Positions 24,771-38,230 of a DNA stretch of 64,000 bases are shown here, piece after piece. Each line of letters begins with the position of its first letter. Positions within the stretch are counted from its first letter, which is position 1. Made by a program: the position numbers and the translations under genes. The stretch comes from Lama glama (lineage: Eukaryota), in assembly GCA_028534125.1 (NCBI GenBank), contig CM052818.1:46254001-46318000 (forward strand), read 5' to 3'. The notes beneath the pieces are model-generated. The model worked only from the letters and a program-made list of their open reading frames with translations, had not been told where the DNA came from and made no database searches.

Positions 24771-25608
24771 TATGAGAGCCTAGACCCTGGGACTGACTCT
24801 CTGCTTATTGCTTAGGGTTTGCTCTGAAAATAAAAACTGATTTAAATACACTCCTAAGATACGCATCTATAAAGACTAAGCTCCTGCTATAATTAACAAA
24901 TTAACAAACATTCCAAAATCAGAAGGTGCTTTACAATTAGCTTCGCTGTTGACGCTTACAGGGACTCAAGAGCCGGCCGAACGCGGTCTCAGCACATGTC
25001 ACAAATAGCGCCCTGCATCGTGTACACTTAGGACACAAGTCTGCGCAGCCACGGGGGGGAAACAGATGCCACTGTGCACAAGGGGCTTTGCCGTCACAGC
25101 CAGGAGGAGCGAGCTCTCAGGCAGAGGTGGGGAACTGCTTCCACAAGCTGTTTCTACAGACTCACAAGCAAGGCGGAAAAGGGCTGGAAGCAGAGGCCTG
25201 CATCACTGGCCTTCGATGCTTTCCATCCCTAAGCCTCCAGTAGAGAAACGTTTTGAGTTTCTGCCATCTTCCCCTCCCCAAGGCAAGGCCTCAGGCTGCA
25301 GGTGGAGTGCACAGAGGGCCTCCCCTGGGCACCTGGGCCTCTGGCTTGATGAGCATTCCGACTGTGAGCAGGTGGAACTGGTGTGGCAGCACTTCCAGGG
25401 GCAGGTGGCTTGGCTTCCCAGAACCAGCTCTCAAGGCTCTCAGTGGCGGGACCACAGCTGACGTCTCACTGCCCCTCCCCGGCTCGGATTCCGCTGGTAC
25501 AAGGGAACCCACACCCCTCATCAAAAACCACCTAAGGGGGGAGTAGTCTAGCTAGCTTGCAGTGAGGCATTTGGTGTTCCCTCGGCAGCCCCGGGGCAGG
25601 CGGCCCAC

Positions 25609-25738
25609 CTCGCACATCTGCAGCTGGAAGAACCGGCGCTCCTTCTCCATCTCCTCCGCGATCTCGGCCCCGCTTATCTCCGTGCGGATCATCCCGTGCA
25701 GCTTGGCGTGCTCCTTCTTCTCCTTCTCTATCTTGGTT
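25609..25738 (-). CDS. ASAP2: ASAP2 coding exon 6 (130 nt): TKIEKEKKEHAKLHGMIRTEISGAEIAEEMEKERRFFQLQMCE
   Basis: atgtag|A ACC AAG ATA ... TGC GAG|gtgggc. The phase completes the Ile codon begun in exon 5. Confidence 0.97.
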
Positions 25739-28124
25739 CTACATGGGAAAGAAGCAAGAAGACCTCAAGACACCTCCGGACAGCACGGTCTCGCCGTGAT
25801 CCCAGCCCCCGGCCTGGAGACAAGTGCTTGCCGGATGGCCTCTAACCCACTGGAGAGGAAAATGCCAATCTTGGCCCTTTTTGTGGCGTATCTACTCATC
25901 AAATGCTTCCAAAGCACCTACGCTGGGCCTGGCCTGGGTCAAAGGAGGTTGTGCCCCTGAGGTTTCCTTCAGGGACAGCACTCTGGTCTGAGTGCCCGCA
26001 GGGCGGCCAGGGGCAGCCCGACCTCCTGGTTCTCCTCCAGCACCCTCCCTACCCCTCTTCAAGCAGTCTCCTCCTCGCTAGCGATGACATGACTCAGACA
26101 GGGCTCATCCTGCAGAATGAGACAAGTGACGTTTTCTGTTTGCAAGCTTTGTCCCCCTTTCCGTGTTTATCTTATGCTCAACTGTTAGTCAAGTGTGCAG
26201 GGCAGGGTGCGAGCCGACCCTGGTACACATCACGAGACATGTGACCAGGGCGAGAGGCAGCCATGAATCACATCAGGTAAGAAGGGCTTGAACTTGTAAC
26301 TGGGTTTCTATTTTGGAGAAAAGAAGACTAAATAAAAGCCACAGAAAGCACTCAAAAACATGAAGGTTGCCCGAAGAGAAGGGAGCAGACTTCCCTGACG
26401 TGCCTCAGGGCAGACATTGCATAACGTAAGGCAGCATTTCCTAGAAAGCTGAACAACTTTCTAAGAAATGGGTTACTTTGGGGCCAGCGGCCCCATCACT
26501 TGGGGAGGGGGTATTTAAGAAGAGGCAAGAAATCTAGTTTCTGATCCTTGTTTTGTATCTTGAAGCACAGCACTGGGCAACAGTAGATGCTCCACAACTT
26601 GAACGGGTGGGTGAGTGAGAACATTAAAAATAGGTGACCATTTGGTGGGGATGTTGTTAAATGGCTTCATGCACAGAGGGGGATGTGGGGAGTGTGACTG
26701 GAGGCCCCTGAGGTCCTGGGGACAACCACACAACTCCAAGGCTCCCCCGCCACCCCCTCAAAGGGATCAAGACACGGCCAGACATCGGTCACTCTCATAA
26801 TGCTCAGGTATAGGACTCCAGGCCAGGAATTTTAAATATGTCTTAAACCTGTCTGCTACATGTCCAGGGCCTCTCCGGACAAATCAATATCACATATTAA
26901 TGGGTAGAGTTACTTTGTAATTTTTATCCCAGAATTACTTTTGAGTTTTAAATGGTGCTGCTCTTTGGGTCTCAGATTCTGGGATTTTGTGAGTAATTCT
27001 GTCCCCACTGTATTTATGTGTGTCTTGATTTTACAGAACTTGATCTCATTCCCCTTCAAACCTTTTCCTTTCAGAACCAAAATCCTCTTTAGAAACCCTC
27101 TCGTTGGTTCAGAAACACACAGAAGCATTTCCCCTAAGGCCTTGAGGGTGGCAGCGACAGTGGCTGAATGAAGCCAGCAGACCCATGGCCAGGCCTTGGC
27201 TCAGCCAGTCTCTTACGGCTGACCAGCGGCAAAACGCCAAGGTTTCCCACCTGTAACGCAGGAACGCGGACCCTTTCCTCATTTACTGCACTGAACTGGC
27301 GCGGGTGCGGAACGCTAGCCGGCCAGGGGCAGCAAGTCTGGAGCCTCTTCGGGCTGAGCAGACCTTCGAAGTATTCTGGGTTAACACTCTACCTATGCTT
27401 ATATACAAAGGTCGGCCCTTGGTGGAACTCCAGAATTTGGAGTATGGGAACTTAAGATTCCCAGGAAGGGATGAGTCCCAGAGGTCTCGTGTTCCTTGGT
27501 TTGAGCCCTGTGATCCTTCACCACTTGGAACAGATACCCATGGCTGGTAAAAACAAACCCAGTGAAATACTTGTTATGTCTGAAAACGCTTTCTTCTTAA
27601 CAATTCTAACTTTACCAGATGGATTCATAGAAAGGTTTCTATTTCCACTCAGAAAACTCTACATTATTACCCAGTGTACAACAATTACATAGCAAACACG
27701 AGGCATTTAAAAATATTTTCTATTTCTCACACATTTAAAATAATTGAAACCACTGTCTCCACGGTCGCTAGCCCAATTCTAGCCAGCTCGATCCTCTCCA
27801 TTCTAGAAATGAGAAGCTGTGATCAGAAATGTTACAACAACCGCCTGACGTCAGCCCACGGCAGTCAATCAGCCTTCCTGAACGCAACACTCTGTAGCCA
27901 TCCTCAAAGAACAGGAGGAACGAGGCGAAAGCCCTGTTAAAGAGGTTTACATCACACCGGGTGTGAAAGCACCTGGCATCGTAACAAACCACAGCAACAC
28001 AGTCTGGGGTGAATTCTTTCCTGGATTAAGGTTTATTTAGACAATACTTTTACGCAATAAACGCTCCATTTAAAATTCAAATCTCAAATTACCTACACTT
28101 ATTTTTTAAAATGAAAGCACTCAC

Positions 28125-28174
28125 ATTTTTGTTTCATAGTCCTTCCAAGCTTTATCAAAAGGCTTTTTCAGATC
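28125..28174 (-). CDS. ASAP2: ASAP2 coding exon 5 (50 nt): DLKKPFDKAWKDYETK(I)
   Basis: tttacag|GAT CTG AAA AAG ... AAA AT|gtgagt. Confidence 0.97.
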
Positions 28175-29522
28175 CTGTAAACAGAGAGGCATAAATTAAA
28201 CAGGACTAATCATTAACTTCTGGGCAAGATAAACTTACTAATCCTTAGACCAGCCCTGAAAGGAGCATTAATATCTGAATAAAATGACATACGTGACCCC
28301 ATGAAAAATAAAAATCTTACAGGACGGGCTTTTAATTAGGCGAGCGCTGGCATTCATTCCTTTTCTTTCTCTTTAAAATTTTTCATTACAGAATATACCA
28401 AATGCACACAGAGAAATGTGGAGAATTATATAATAAACCCATGAGCTACTTACAACAAGTATTTAACTCATGGCCCATTCTGCTTCACTTACACCCTGCA
28501 CTCTGCCCTATGATTATTCTGAAATTAAATCCAGAAAGATGTAACATTTAATCTGCAAGCATTTTAGTATATCTCTCTAAAAGAAAGGGACTTTGATTTT
28601 TTTTCTATTAATACCAGAATCTCAACACATGTACCCTTGATTCGGGCCCCAAACCCACAGGAATATAAAAGCCATTCACCTTCTCCTGAGGTCTCCTATT
28701 CTGTCTGGAACTTAGGACCTCAGGTTCTCTGATAAAGCCTGGCTCAAAAACGTACTGAGACACTAGAAAGTCTATCAAATGGTTCCCACCTATCGATGCT
28801 CCCTTTAACAGGCTTCTTTTGGGAGAGAAAACACTTCTTTTGTGGGGTTTTTTTTTTTTTTTGACTCTTCACTGGCCTCACGACAAGGCCTAAGCCCCAC
28901 AGCCTGGCATCTGAGGTCTCCACGAACAGGCGGGGCCCCGCCCACCCGTAAGCCTCATCTCTTCCCGCACCTCCTCCGACCATGGCCTTGAGCTACGCTG
29001 ACAGCCGCCTGCACAGGGCTGCGTCACGCTTCTGCATACGTGCATAACCTCCCTCTGTCTCGTGTGCCCTTCCCTCCTGCTTTTCTGGCTAACTCATCTG
29101 GCATGTTCTCTGGGCCCCAAGGGGATGGTGAGTAACGTTCCCCGGTGGCCTAACGGCTCACCGGGCCCCACCTTCCCCGCCCCAACAGCTCCCCCGGCAC
29201 AGTCTGTGAAGGAGAGACTGAGGGGTCTCTCTGCAGAGCCCCCGGCATCCGCCAGGATGGGCTTCCAGACGTGCCAAATGCGACCAGGGATCACGTGTCG
29301 CTCCAATCAAAGAACTCGGTCCCTAGGAACTGGGGCACAGTCATCTCCCTGTCACCTCGCACGTCTGCTTGTGGAAGTGACGCACACAAGTGCCCCACTG
29401 CTCAGCACCCGGCACCCACACAGGCTCGAGCCCGGACTGTCCCGCACTCACACGCTCAGGAAACAGCTCATGGCTCACGTGTCTGTGCGAGCAGGGCGAA
29501 GCCTCAACAGCCAGAGCCCAGT

Positions 29523-29694
29523 GGAGGACAGGGGCCTTACTAGTTCCACCGGGAGCTGCATCCTCGCGAGGAGCCTCCCCTAGTGGTCCGTCAGGGACAT
29601 GCCGGAGGACAGGTGCGTTACTGGTGCAGATTCCCCCACGGGGAACCTGCATCCTCGCAAGGATCCTCCCTGAGTGGTCTGTCAGGGACACGCT
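29523..29694. repeat. Imperfect tandem duplication (81-bp and 91-bp units)
   Basis: Both units share ggaggacagg...ttact...ctgcatcctcgc.agga.cctccc..agtggtc.gtcagggaca.gc. Confidence 0.85.
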
Positions 29695-30016
29695 GGATGA
29701 ACACCAGACTTCTCTCCATATGTTTCCCTGCTTAACTGGCAGAGCCCAAAATGTTACAGTTTCCAAAAGAGCTGTTTCTCTCCCTTCATGGCCTCCTCCC
29801 CATCCCACACTCAGAGCACCAGCAGGACAACCAGAAGGGCCACAGTCTCCACTGTTAGGGCTGAAAGGTGGTGCAAGATGGCCAGTCAAGGAGACAGAGG
29901 CAGAACACCCCCAGGAAGAAGGCGCCAGGCGGCGGCTGCCCGGACGGGCCAGCATGACCCTGATGCCACGTTCTGCGAATGCTGCCCCTCGCTGAGCAGG
30001 ACTTTTAATGTCATAC

Positions 30017-30091
30017 CCCTTTCACTCCTTTCAGGTCCCCCTTCAGCAAACTGTCCAGAGGGAAGGAGATTATGTTGTTCATATTCTGAAT
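30017..30091 (-). CDS. ASAP2: ASAP2 coding exon 4 (75 nt): IQNMNNIISFPLDSLLKGDLKGVKG
   Basis: ttttag|ATT CAG AAT ATG ... AAA GGG|gtatga; phase 0-0. Confidence 0.97.
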
Positions 30092-33000
30092 CTAAAAGAC
30101 AAAAACAGAAAAAAGAAATTCTTACTCAATTTCCTTTTTAATCTCAAGTGAGGATAGCAAGGAGATTAGAGAACACTTGGTGATAATTAAACTTCCCTTA
30201 AAAGCCGACCAGCCCAAGTATGACAGCTCATTCATTCCCACATTCTCTGTCATGATTTCACCTCACAAATGAAGATACAACTAATGAAAAGTCTACATTT
30301 CACAATAATAATAACCTTCGACTGTGAGCTACAGAGTCTGTGGAAACATAATCATTACAATGAAGACAAAATATTTCAAAACAATCAATGAAGACACTTT
30401 AAAGATACGGGAACAGGAGGCCACACCCGCTTCCTACTCTCACTCATGGCTCCGTCCGATGCCCGGGGGCTATGCTTCGGCCGGTTTCGGGGCCCACAGA
30501 CCCCCATCTCTTAGCACAGCCCCCAGGGGGGAAACTAAAAGGGAAAACAGAACGAAGGCGGCTTCTGTCTCCTGAGAATGTGTACGAGTGAATGTTGAGA
30601 GAGAACAAGGGAAGAACCAAATGCGTGTCTTTGGTTGGTGGGGGCAGATAAACGAGAAAAGGCGAGACAAGGGCCCCTGAGGTCCCCTGTTCTTCTCCCT
30701 GAAGCAAGAAGGCAAGAGACTGGCTTAACAAGTTGTCACCAAGGATTAAATGGAAGAGAATCAAACCCTCCTGACTCCTTCGGGAGCACACACACGCACA
30801 CCAAGCAAGTCTGTCCCCGCTGGCCGTTCAGATTGGAGCCAACTTTAAGACTCCCCGGGTTCCCACCCTACCCATTGAGAGTCCCTCCCCATCAAGAAAA
30901 TAAGCTGAGATTTACTTTCCTATCCCCCAGGCCCAGACCACTCCCTAAGTCAGCAAGAGTGCCGCTTGGCACTGCTGGGGCCTTGTGTACGTGTGTCTTT
31001 TTGGTGACATGCACCTAGATTACGGGACCATAAAAGGAGAAAGACAGGAGTAAGGACTTTGGAACTGTATGTGTTCCTTCTTACAATCAAGCAAAGGAAA
31101 ATTTTATTTTTAGTAGAATTACCTTGAGTGGGAAGACTAACTACAGGTACAATTTTTAAGGCAACACGGGATCTGATTTCTGTGCACTATTCAGCATATT
31201 ACATTTCAAAATGGAGAAAGAAATTTACTTGAAAAGTCCTGGGAAGGTGTGTAATAATGCCCGCACAACCACCTGTCCTGCCAAATAAATGGTCAGTTAA
31301 TGACTGTCATTCCAGAAACGCCTGTTTGGGGTAACTTCTGTCCTAGGCTGATGCAAATCAACGTTTGTCACACTCCTGGCTGTCCTGAGGCACAGCATTA
31401 TCAGCTATGACGTGCCAGGATTAGCCTTGAGAGTTAAATTTTAAAATACTGAAGAGCTGAGTTTAAGGCCAGGGCCTGTGGCTGACTGGAAGGAACAGAG
31501 ACAAATACAAGGCTGTGCAGGTGGATAAGCCCGGGGAGCGAGCACGAGGCTGTGAGCACGAGGGAGGACGATCCCCACCGCATTCCACCCTCTGCGAGGC
31601 CCCTGAGGCCACCCACAGCCGCCCTGCTCCCGCGGGCTGCTCACTCTTGAGACGTCCCTCGTCACCTCCTCGGGTGCCCTCTCCCCCTCCCGCCTGCTCT
31701 GTCCTCCTCTCCTTGCCTCTGTCCCCGGGCTGCCCCTTGGCTGGCCTCACTGTCCTGTTCTGGGCAGAGGCCACGCTCCCCCAGCCACCAACCCCTAGCC
31801 TCCGCCCCCCAGCCCTCCCAGCAGCCCTGCTGGGTTTATCTGGCATTGGGTCCCTGTTAAAGACCAAACCACTCCCGCATCTGGACCCTCCCAGTCAAAC
31901 CTCACTTGCCACTTGCCACTTGCCACTTTCCACCTCCACATCCAGCCAAATGGAAGTCTGCGCTGTCCTCTGCTCCCCGTCGAAGCTCATGCTTGATTTG
32001 CTCCATCCTGAGCTGTCTTTCCCGGGTTCCCACTGTTCAAAGCCTTCCCATCCACCAGGACTCACTCAGATGCCACTTCTTCCATTAACATCCCCAATCT
32101 CTCATCAGGAAGCAACCTCTCCCTCCCCAAATCCTCCAATGTTTTCTTTTTGAAAAATTTCTTAAGGCACTTGACAGGTTCTGCCCTGCAATCATCTAAG
32201 CCTTACACTGTAAATCCTAAGGGGTCACGTCAAGTTTTTGTATTCTCCGGAGAACTCAGGACAGAGCCTGGCCCACAGCAGACACTCGATAAACACTGGC
32301 TGAATGAGTCAGTTTACTTAAGTGTATTTCTGAGCACCTAATACATAAGTGACAGGATCCAAAGATACATTAGTAGCTTTAAATCTTTAAACATCATCTA
32401 ACAAATATGTGAATTCATTAATTTATTCATCATATATTTACTGAGTGCCTGTTTTACAGACAGCAGTAAAGTTGGCTGCAAAGATAAACACAATGCTTGC
32501 TGTGTCAGAGGAAGATAAATACATACACACCAAGAATTACACAGAAAGCCTAAGACATACCACACGTAGCATGTTCTACTCTGCACAGATGGAAGAAACA
32601 GTGGCTGCAGCTCTGAGCAGTCAGGCGGGCTGACTTGGGCTTGGGCGGAAGGTGACTGTCCCAGCTCCTGAGCCTCGAGACCCCATCCATTCGTCCCACA
32701 AGATCCCAGAGCCATGGCTGGGGTCAGAGGCTCAGGTCAATTCAGTCCTGAACGCTGCCCAGACAGAAGCCAAGGTGGTGCCATCTTGGAGAAGGCGCGA
32801 GAACGGGGGCAGCAGGGATGACCTGAAGGGGCAGGTCAGCGCCGCTCAGGGTGGGCAGCCGAGCTAAAGGCACCAGAACAGCTCAGACACACACGTGGGC
32901 TCGGGGGAAATGGAGGAAGGTGCTTGCAGATGAAAGTCATATTTCTGGGAAGAACTCTACATGTTTTTAATGAGACGTGTATTTAGTGTGAGTGTATGCA

Positions 33001-33829
33001 TGAGTGAGTGACAAAAACAAGGTTCTCTGCAGCGGGGAACAGAACCTCACCCAGAACTTGGTTTACACATCTATTTTAAGACTATTCGCTATTTAATTCA
33101 AACAGGAACTGATGACAGGCATTAGGTAAGAATAAGTAAACTAAGCTATGGTATCCAGAGTAAAACATTCAAGCAAACAAGAGTGAAGATCTAGGGCATC
33201 CAAACACACTGGACTAGCGTGCCTTCATCCTGGACACGGGACAGGGTGAGCATGACATTAAACAGCCATCACAGCTGTGAAGACTGCCACAAAGGAGACG
33301 CACGGGGCCCTTAGGGGGCGACAGGACATAAAGCTGGAGGGTACCAAGAGTGTAGGAGACAAAGAGGCATCAGACAGAGCGCCAGTCCTCACCAACTCAC
33401 TGTTTAACAGGGAATATAAAGCACTTATTTAAGTAAATAAACTGCCAAGTGGAAACTCTATGAGCCATAAATAAAACACCATGGAATTTCCGAGAAGAGA
33501 AAATTATTTTCAGTCTGGACAGCAGGGAAATCTTTGCTAATTGGGGGTTATGTGAGATAGACCTCCAAAGATAGGAAGAATTCTTGCTTCCAAGACGGGG
33601 TAGAACATATCCAGGCAACAGAACAGTGGAGAAGTGGGACCACACCAGCCAGCGGAGCAGTGGGAGCAGTGGAAGATAAGAGTTAAAAAGAAAAGCCAGA
33701 AGAGAGTCCCACTAAGGGGATGCTGGCCTTCCTTCTGGTCCACTTCTCTTCCTGGAGTTACTCAGATGATCTAAAATAAGAAACTATTACTTTTCTAATC
33801 AGAAAATAATTAGCTAAATTATTACAAAA

Positions 33830-34048
33830 GAGCCAGAAAGTAGATTAGCGGTTGCCTGGGGCTGGGGCTGAGAATGGGGATTAACCGTGAGAGGACAAGA
33901 GGGACCTAACTGGGGGGAAGAAAATGTCCCCAAACTGATTTACAGTGATGGCTGCACCGCTGGTAAAGCTACCGCTAGAAATCACTGACTTGTATAGCTG
34001 AAATGGGTGAATTTTATGATACATAAAGTATACCTCATAAAGCTGGTT
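33830..34048 (+). mobile_element. L1MB/L1MC-like 3' end
   Basis: agtagattagcggttgcctgggg...gtgatggctgcac...aaatcactgacttgta...gggtgaattttatg...tatacctcataaagctg. Confidence 0.8.
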
Positions 34049-35849
34049 TTTTGGTTGTGTTTTTTTTTTTTTTGAAGAAACTGTTGTGAACATACACAGA
34101 ATCACCATCAGTGGGTTTGCTAATTAAGCTCGCACGCTCGGCCACCAGCCTCTGCCCGCCCTCTGCACCGGCCTGCTCCATAGTAATCAGCACAGCACAC
34201 GACCACGCTGACTCAGGGTGAGCGTCCAGGAAACGACTAGCCCTGGTCTCCGCCCGGGCCCTGAACCAGGCGCCGGAGCCCAGATGCGCTGTCTCAGCGA
34301 ACGCGCCCTTCAGCGGGAGAGATGGGCTCTGGACCTCCCTCTGACTGCACTAGGGCGCCCAGCAGCCTCGGCCCACAGCTGAAGGAACCATCTCCGTTCT
34401 GGCCACAAGAGGTGAAAACCAAGCCAAAGATTCCTGCACATGCTTGTGCTCAGCAACCCAGCCTCAGGTCATGAGTAATGAAACTGTCCTGATTTAGGGA
34501 ATAATTAAATTACCTCTGGGTAACCCAACCAGAGTATTTTCCTGAGCACCAAGCAAGCACTGGACTTTCTCTTATGCTCTGAGTTACTTTCAACAAGTAA
34601 ATTAAGTAAAATGGCCTTCCAAACCCAAGCATGATGTGAATACAAATAATGAATCTTAATCACTGCTATTAAGTATGAATCTAATATCAATAGCAAATAG
34701 GCAGTCCTGAAAGTAACAACCCTCCCTTCTCTGTCTTCGCGTTTCCCGGGTTCACATGGATAAGGTTGACAAGAGTCAGTAACAGTCAAACATCTATGAT
34801 CCCGGGAGGACAAGTAGAATGATTCAGTCGGGAGGCAGGCAGACAGGGCCATCAGAGATCAGAATAGCCTCGTTGTGCTAATGTCACCGCTGATCAGCAA
34901 AGATGGACAAGGAGGTGGGGCGGGGGTAGGGGGATGCAGTCGGACAATGGCCAGCTTTCCATGTTGTTCTTTCTAATTTTTTTTTTCCGGTCTTAAAATT
35001 CCTGGATTCTAGTTCTGCTACCTCCATACTCTCGAAAATCTTTCCCATCTTCCCCTCAACACTTCCCTGCCCACAGGGGCACGGCTGCTCCTTCAGCTCG
35101 GTCACTGGTTACCAGCAGCTGCTGATCCAGCCAGAGCTCCACCCTGGATCCAGCCTGATCCCTGGGAACCCCAGCGCTGCCTTCTTGACTTTGGTCCTGA
35201 GTACACCGGCTCTGCCCTGGGGATCGGTCCAGAAGTCTAAACTAGACAGGATTCTCGCATCACAGGGCTCCGTTTTTAAGGAACAGCAGAGAAGAGAGAC
35301 TCAAAACAGAAAAGTCGCTGGGCAGAATCCTAGCTCCAGGCTCACGAGTCTGGAGAAGAACAGGTCTTCCCAGGGCTCTCCTCAAAAGCTCTTAACAGTG
35401 TCCAACTCTCTCTGGGGACAGCTTTTCCTCAAAAGACCACATATAAAGCATGGCCAAAGAGCCTTACCTCAAATGTGCCCGTGTCACTTACGTTTATTTT
35501 AAAATGCCTAATTCATGAGAAACTTGAGAAAAGACAACACTGAGACCTGCTGAGTTTGTCTTCTTTTTAACTTGAGCAAATGCTGCTCAATCACAGGGTT
35601 AAACAGGTTAAATAAAGACTTCAAAGAAGGGCAAACCACCTGTTCACACCAGCACAGCCCTGGCAGCACCTCCCTGTCAGAGGGCGGAGAGCTGCAAAAG
35701 GACCTGGGACCTCATTGCTTTAATTAAGGGCATCTTAGCAGAGGCTTCAGCATTAGCAAGGGTAAGTACCCAGGAAACAGCCGTCACCTGCCAGAAGCTT
35801 CGTCTCCAGCAGCTGGAGCCTGGGACCCAGGAGTGTGCGTGGGTGGTTT

Positions 35850-36088
35850 TGCAGGGCTGCTATGGTAGCCGGTAAGGCTTTCCACCTGTGCGGTCCAGCG
35901 TGACAGATGCTAGCTACCTGTGCCCACTCAAGTTTAAATGGGTTAAAAATTAAATCAAGTTTAAAACGGAGTTTCTCAGCCATATTTTAAGGGCTCAGTA
36001 GCCACGTGTGGTAGCTGCTTCTTATACTGGATACAGCAGATGTACCACTTCCATCACTGCACAAAGTTCTGGTGGGACAGCAATGGCT
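35850..36088. mobile_element. MER3/MER33-like hAT DNA transposon relic
   Basis: gctcagtagccacgtgtggtag...tactggatacagcagat...ttccatcactgcacaaagttct...ggacagc. Confidence 0.7.
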
Positions 36089-36109
36089 TGGACCAACAGA
36101 TCAAAAAAA

Positions 36110-36530
36110 AATATGAGGCAGCTTTAAGGTATAATTGATATACAACTTAAAGTTCACCATTTGATAAGTTATGATGTATACACAGTCCACAAAACCATCT
36201 CCAGGATCCAGCCAGTGAACGTATCCATCACCCCCAGAAGTTTCTTTCTGTCCTTTTCCAATCCCCATGTCCCAGCTCCTCACTCCACACTCTGCCCCAG
36301 GCAACCATCTGTTTCCGCCACCACAGAATAATCCTCATTTTCTAGGACGTGCTATACGTGGAATCACATGGCATGCATTCCTTTCTGCCTGCTTCCTTCA
36401 TACCTACTTTGAGATCCATCCATGTTGTTGCATTGATGGCTCATTCCTTTTCCCTTCTGAACAGGATTCTGCTGACTGGCTTCCCAGTGGTTCCCAACTT
36501 GGGGGCTACCACAAACCTCACAAATAAAGC
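36110..36530 (-). mobile_element. L1MC/L1MD-like 3' UTR fragment
   Basis: cagctttaaggtataattgatatacaac..., tccatcacccccagaagtttc, ggcaaccatctg, tttgagatccatccatgttgttgcat. Confidence 0.8.
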
Positions 36531-37899
36531 TGCTCTGATGACTTGTGGGATGGACTCTCAAATGGTGATCAGGAAGGCCTTTTTAGAAGATGACACGGAG
36601 AGTTCGGAGGAAGCGAGGCCACGAGGCCATGAGCCCCGTGAAAACCTGGTGGAGGGACATTCCTGGCAGAGGGAACTCCTAACACAAAGGCCCTGAGGCA
36701 GGTGCGCGCCCAGCAGGTTCAAAGCACAGTTTTCTATGTTCCTTCCAAAGGCGGCTTATCTGAGAGAATGGACATCCAGACAGAAAATCTTTTGGAGAAG
36801 CAGAAGGCCCTAGAAAAGGTGGACTGAATAAATCACCAAGTGGCACAGGGCCACGTATCGCATGTGAGCCTTACAACTGCTCTGAGAAGCAGGTATCATC
36901 CCCGTTGTACAGAAACGGAGAGAGAGGGTGGAGCCACCCACCTTGCCCCCAAATCCCACAACGAAGCGGCAGCAGAGCTGAGCTGAGAGTGAAGCCAGAG
37001 CGCTTCCTGTTGCTCTGCTGCCAGAGATGACTGGCCTTAAATGAAGACAGCGGTCAGTCCTACACCTGCCCCCCGGTCGGAGCAAGACAGGTCCCCCCCA
37101 GGTGCCATCTGCGTCAGGAATTTCCTTCTATTCCCCACACAAAGCAGTTCGTCAGAGACGTACGAGGAAAGTTTACAAAGGGAAACCATCTAGGTCACTT
37201 CACTCTCGGTGACTTCTTCCAGGGGCTGGTGACAGCACGCCTAAGGTCTACGGCGTGCACACACACGCGGCCTTGCTCACTGCCTCACACAGGGTCCTCA
37301 TGAACACCTGCTCCCTGGCCTGGTTCTTGGGCAGCAGTTCTTGCTCTGAAGGGTTGTTTAGTTAAGAATGAGACGGAGGAGCCCACGCCGAGCTCCAGTG
37401 TTTAACACAAACTGCAAGATCAAAGCCAGCCAGCTGCCAAAAACCTGGCAACTTTCACACCAGAAGAAAGAGGGGAAACAGCTGACCTGGTTTCTGCCTT
37501 TAATGCTGCGTCACTGGCAGTCGCGCTGCCTTGATCTGTCAGGTACTAAGTGGAGAGAATACAGCGACCCTTCCCCTCTTCCACCAGACAGCAGATGAGG
37601 AAACCACACGCCGCAGCCTGCCACAGCTGTGCTGAGAACCCGTGTACGGCCAACCCCGAGAGGCAGAGGGGCAGCACAGAAGAACCCAGGGCTCATGTAA
37701 CCCATAACTTCTTCAAAAACCCACAAGTGATGTTAAAATGTTCAAGCCACCCACCAAAAATGAAAGCACCTCTTCAAACCAACTACCTCCCAGAACCGGA
37801 GGTTGGAAGACGCTTGGCCGGCCTCCTCGAGGCCTTGGTGCCCTGGCCTCAATCTCAAGGGGGGAACTGGAAGCAGTTTACCCGGCTGTCCTCTGGGAA

Positions 37900-38230
37900 A
37901 GCTGGTTCCCGACCATCCAGGTCAGCATCACCGGGGAACTTACTCGCCCAACAGGGAGTGTTCTAGCAACCCTCCAGGTGCTGCTGCAGCTGCGCTGAAC
38001 TTGAGGACCACGACTCAGCAGGTATGGGTGGGCCCCGACTTTCCCAGCAAGGTCCAGGTGCTGCTGGTGCGGCCGGCCCAGGGACCGCACTTTGAGAACC
38101 TCAGCTCTGGGGCAATGCTTCTCAGACTGATGGTGCTGACTCACACCCTGCGGAAATGGAGATTCTGGTTCAGCAGGCCCTGGGGACAAGGACCTGGGAG
38201 TCTGCATTTCTAAGAATCCCCAGGGACTCC
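37900..38230. mobile_element. Cluster of MER5-like (hAT-Charlie) fragments
   Basis: cagcatcaccggggaactt, ccagggaccgcactttgagaacc, gattctggttcagcagg...gtctgcatttctaa. Confidence 0.6.

Noticed and set aside
29341..29995. Overlapping ORFs of about 200 aa on both strands
   Set aside because: GC-rich intronic sequence with a tandem duplication, no recognisable domain and composition typical of random GC-rich frames.
31515..32153. 212-aa Pro/Ser/Leu-rich ORF
   Set aside because: It comes from C-rich low-complexity or decayed repeat sequence, including (CACTTGC)n at about 31903-31928. It has no ATG start and no recognisable homology.
32270..32345. Tail-to-tail L2 ends that might form a miR-28-like hairpin
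   Set aside because: By eye the arms pair poorly, with too many mismatches for a pre-miRNA stem.
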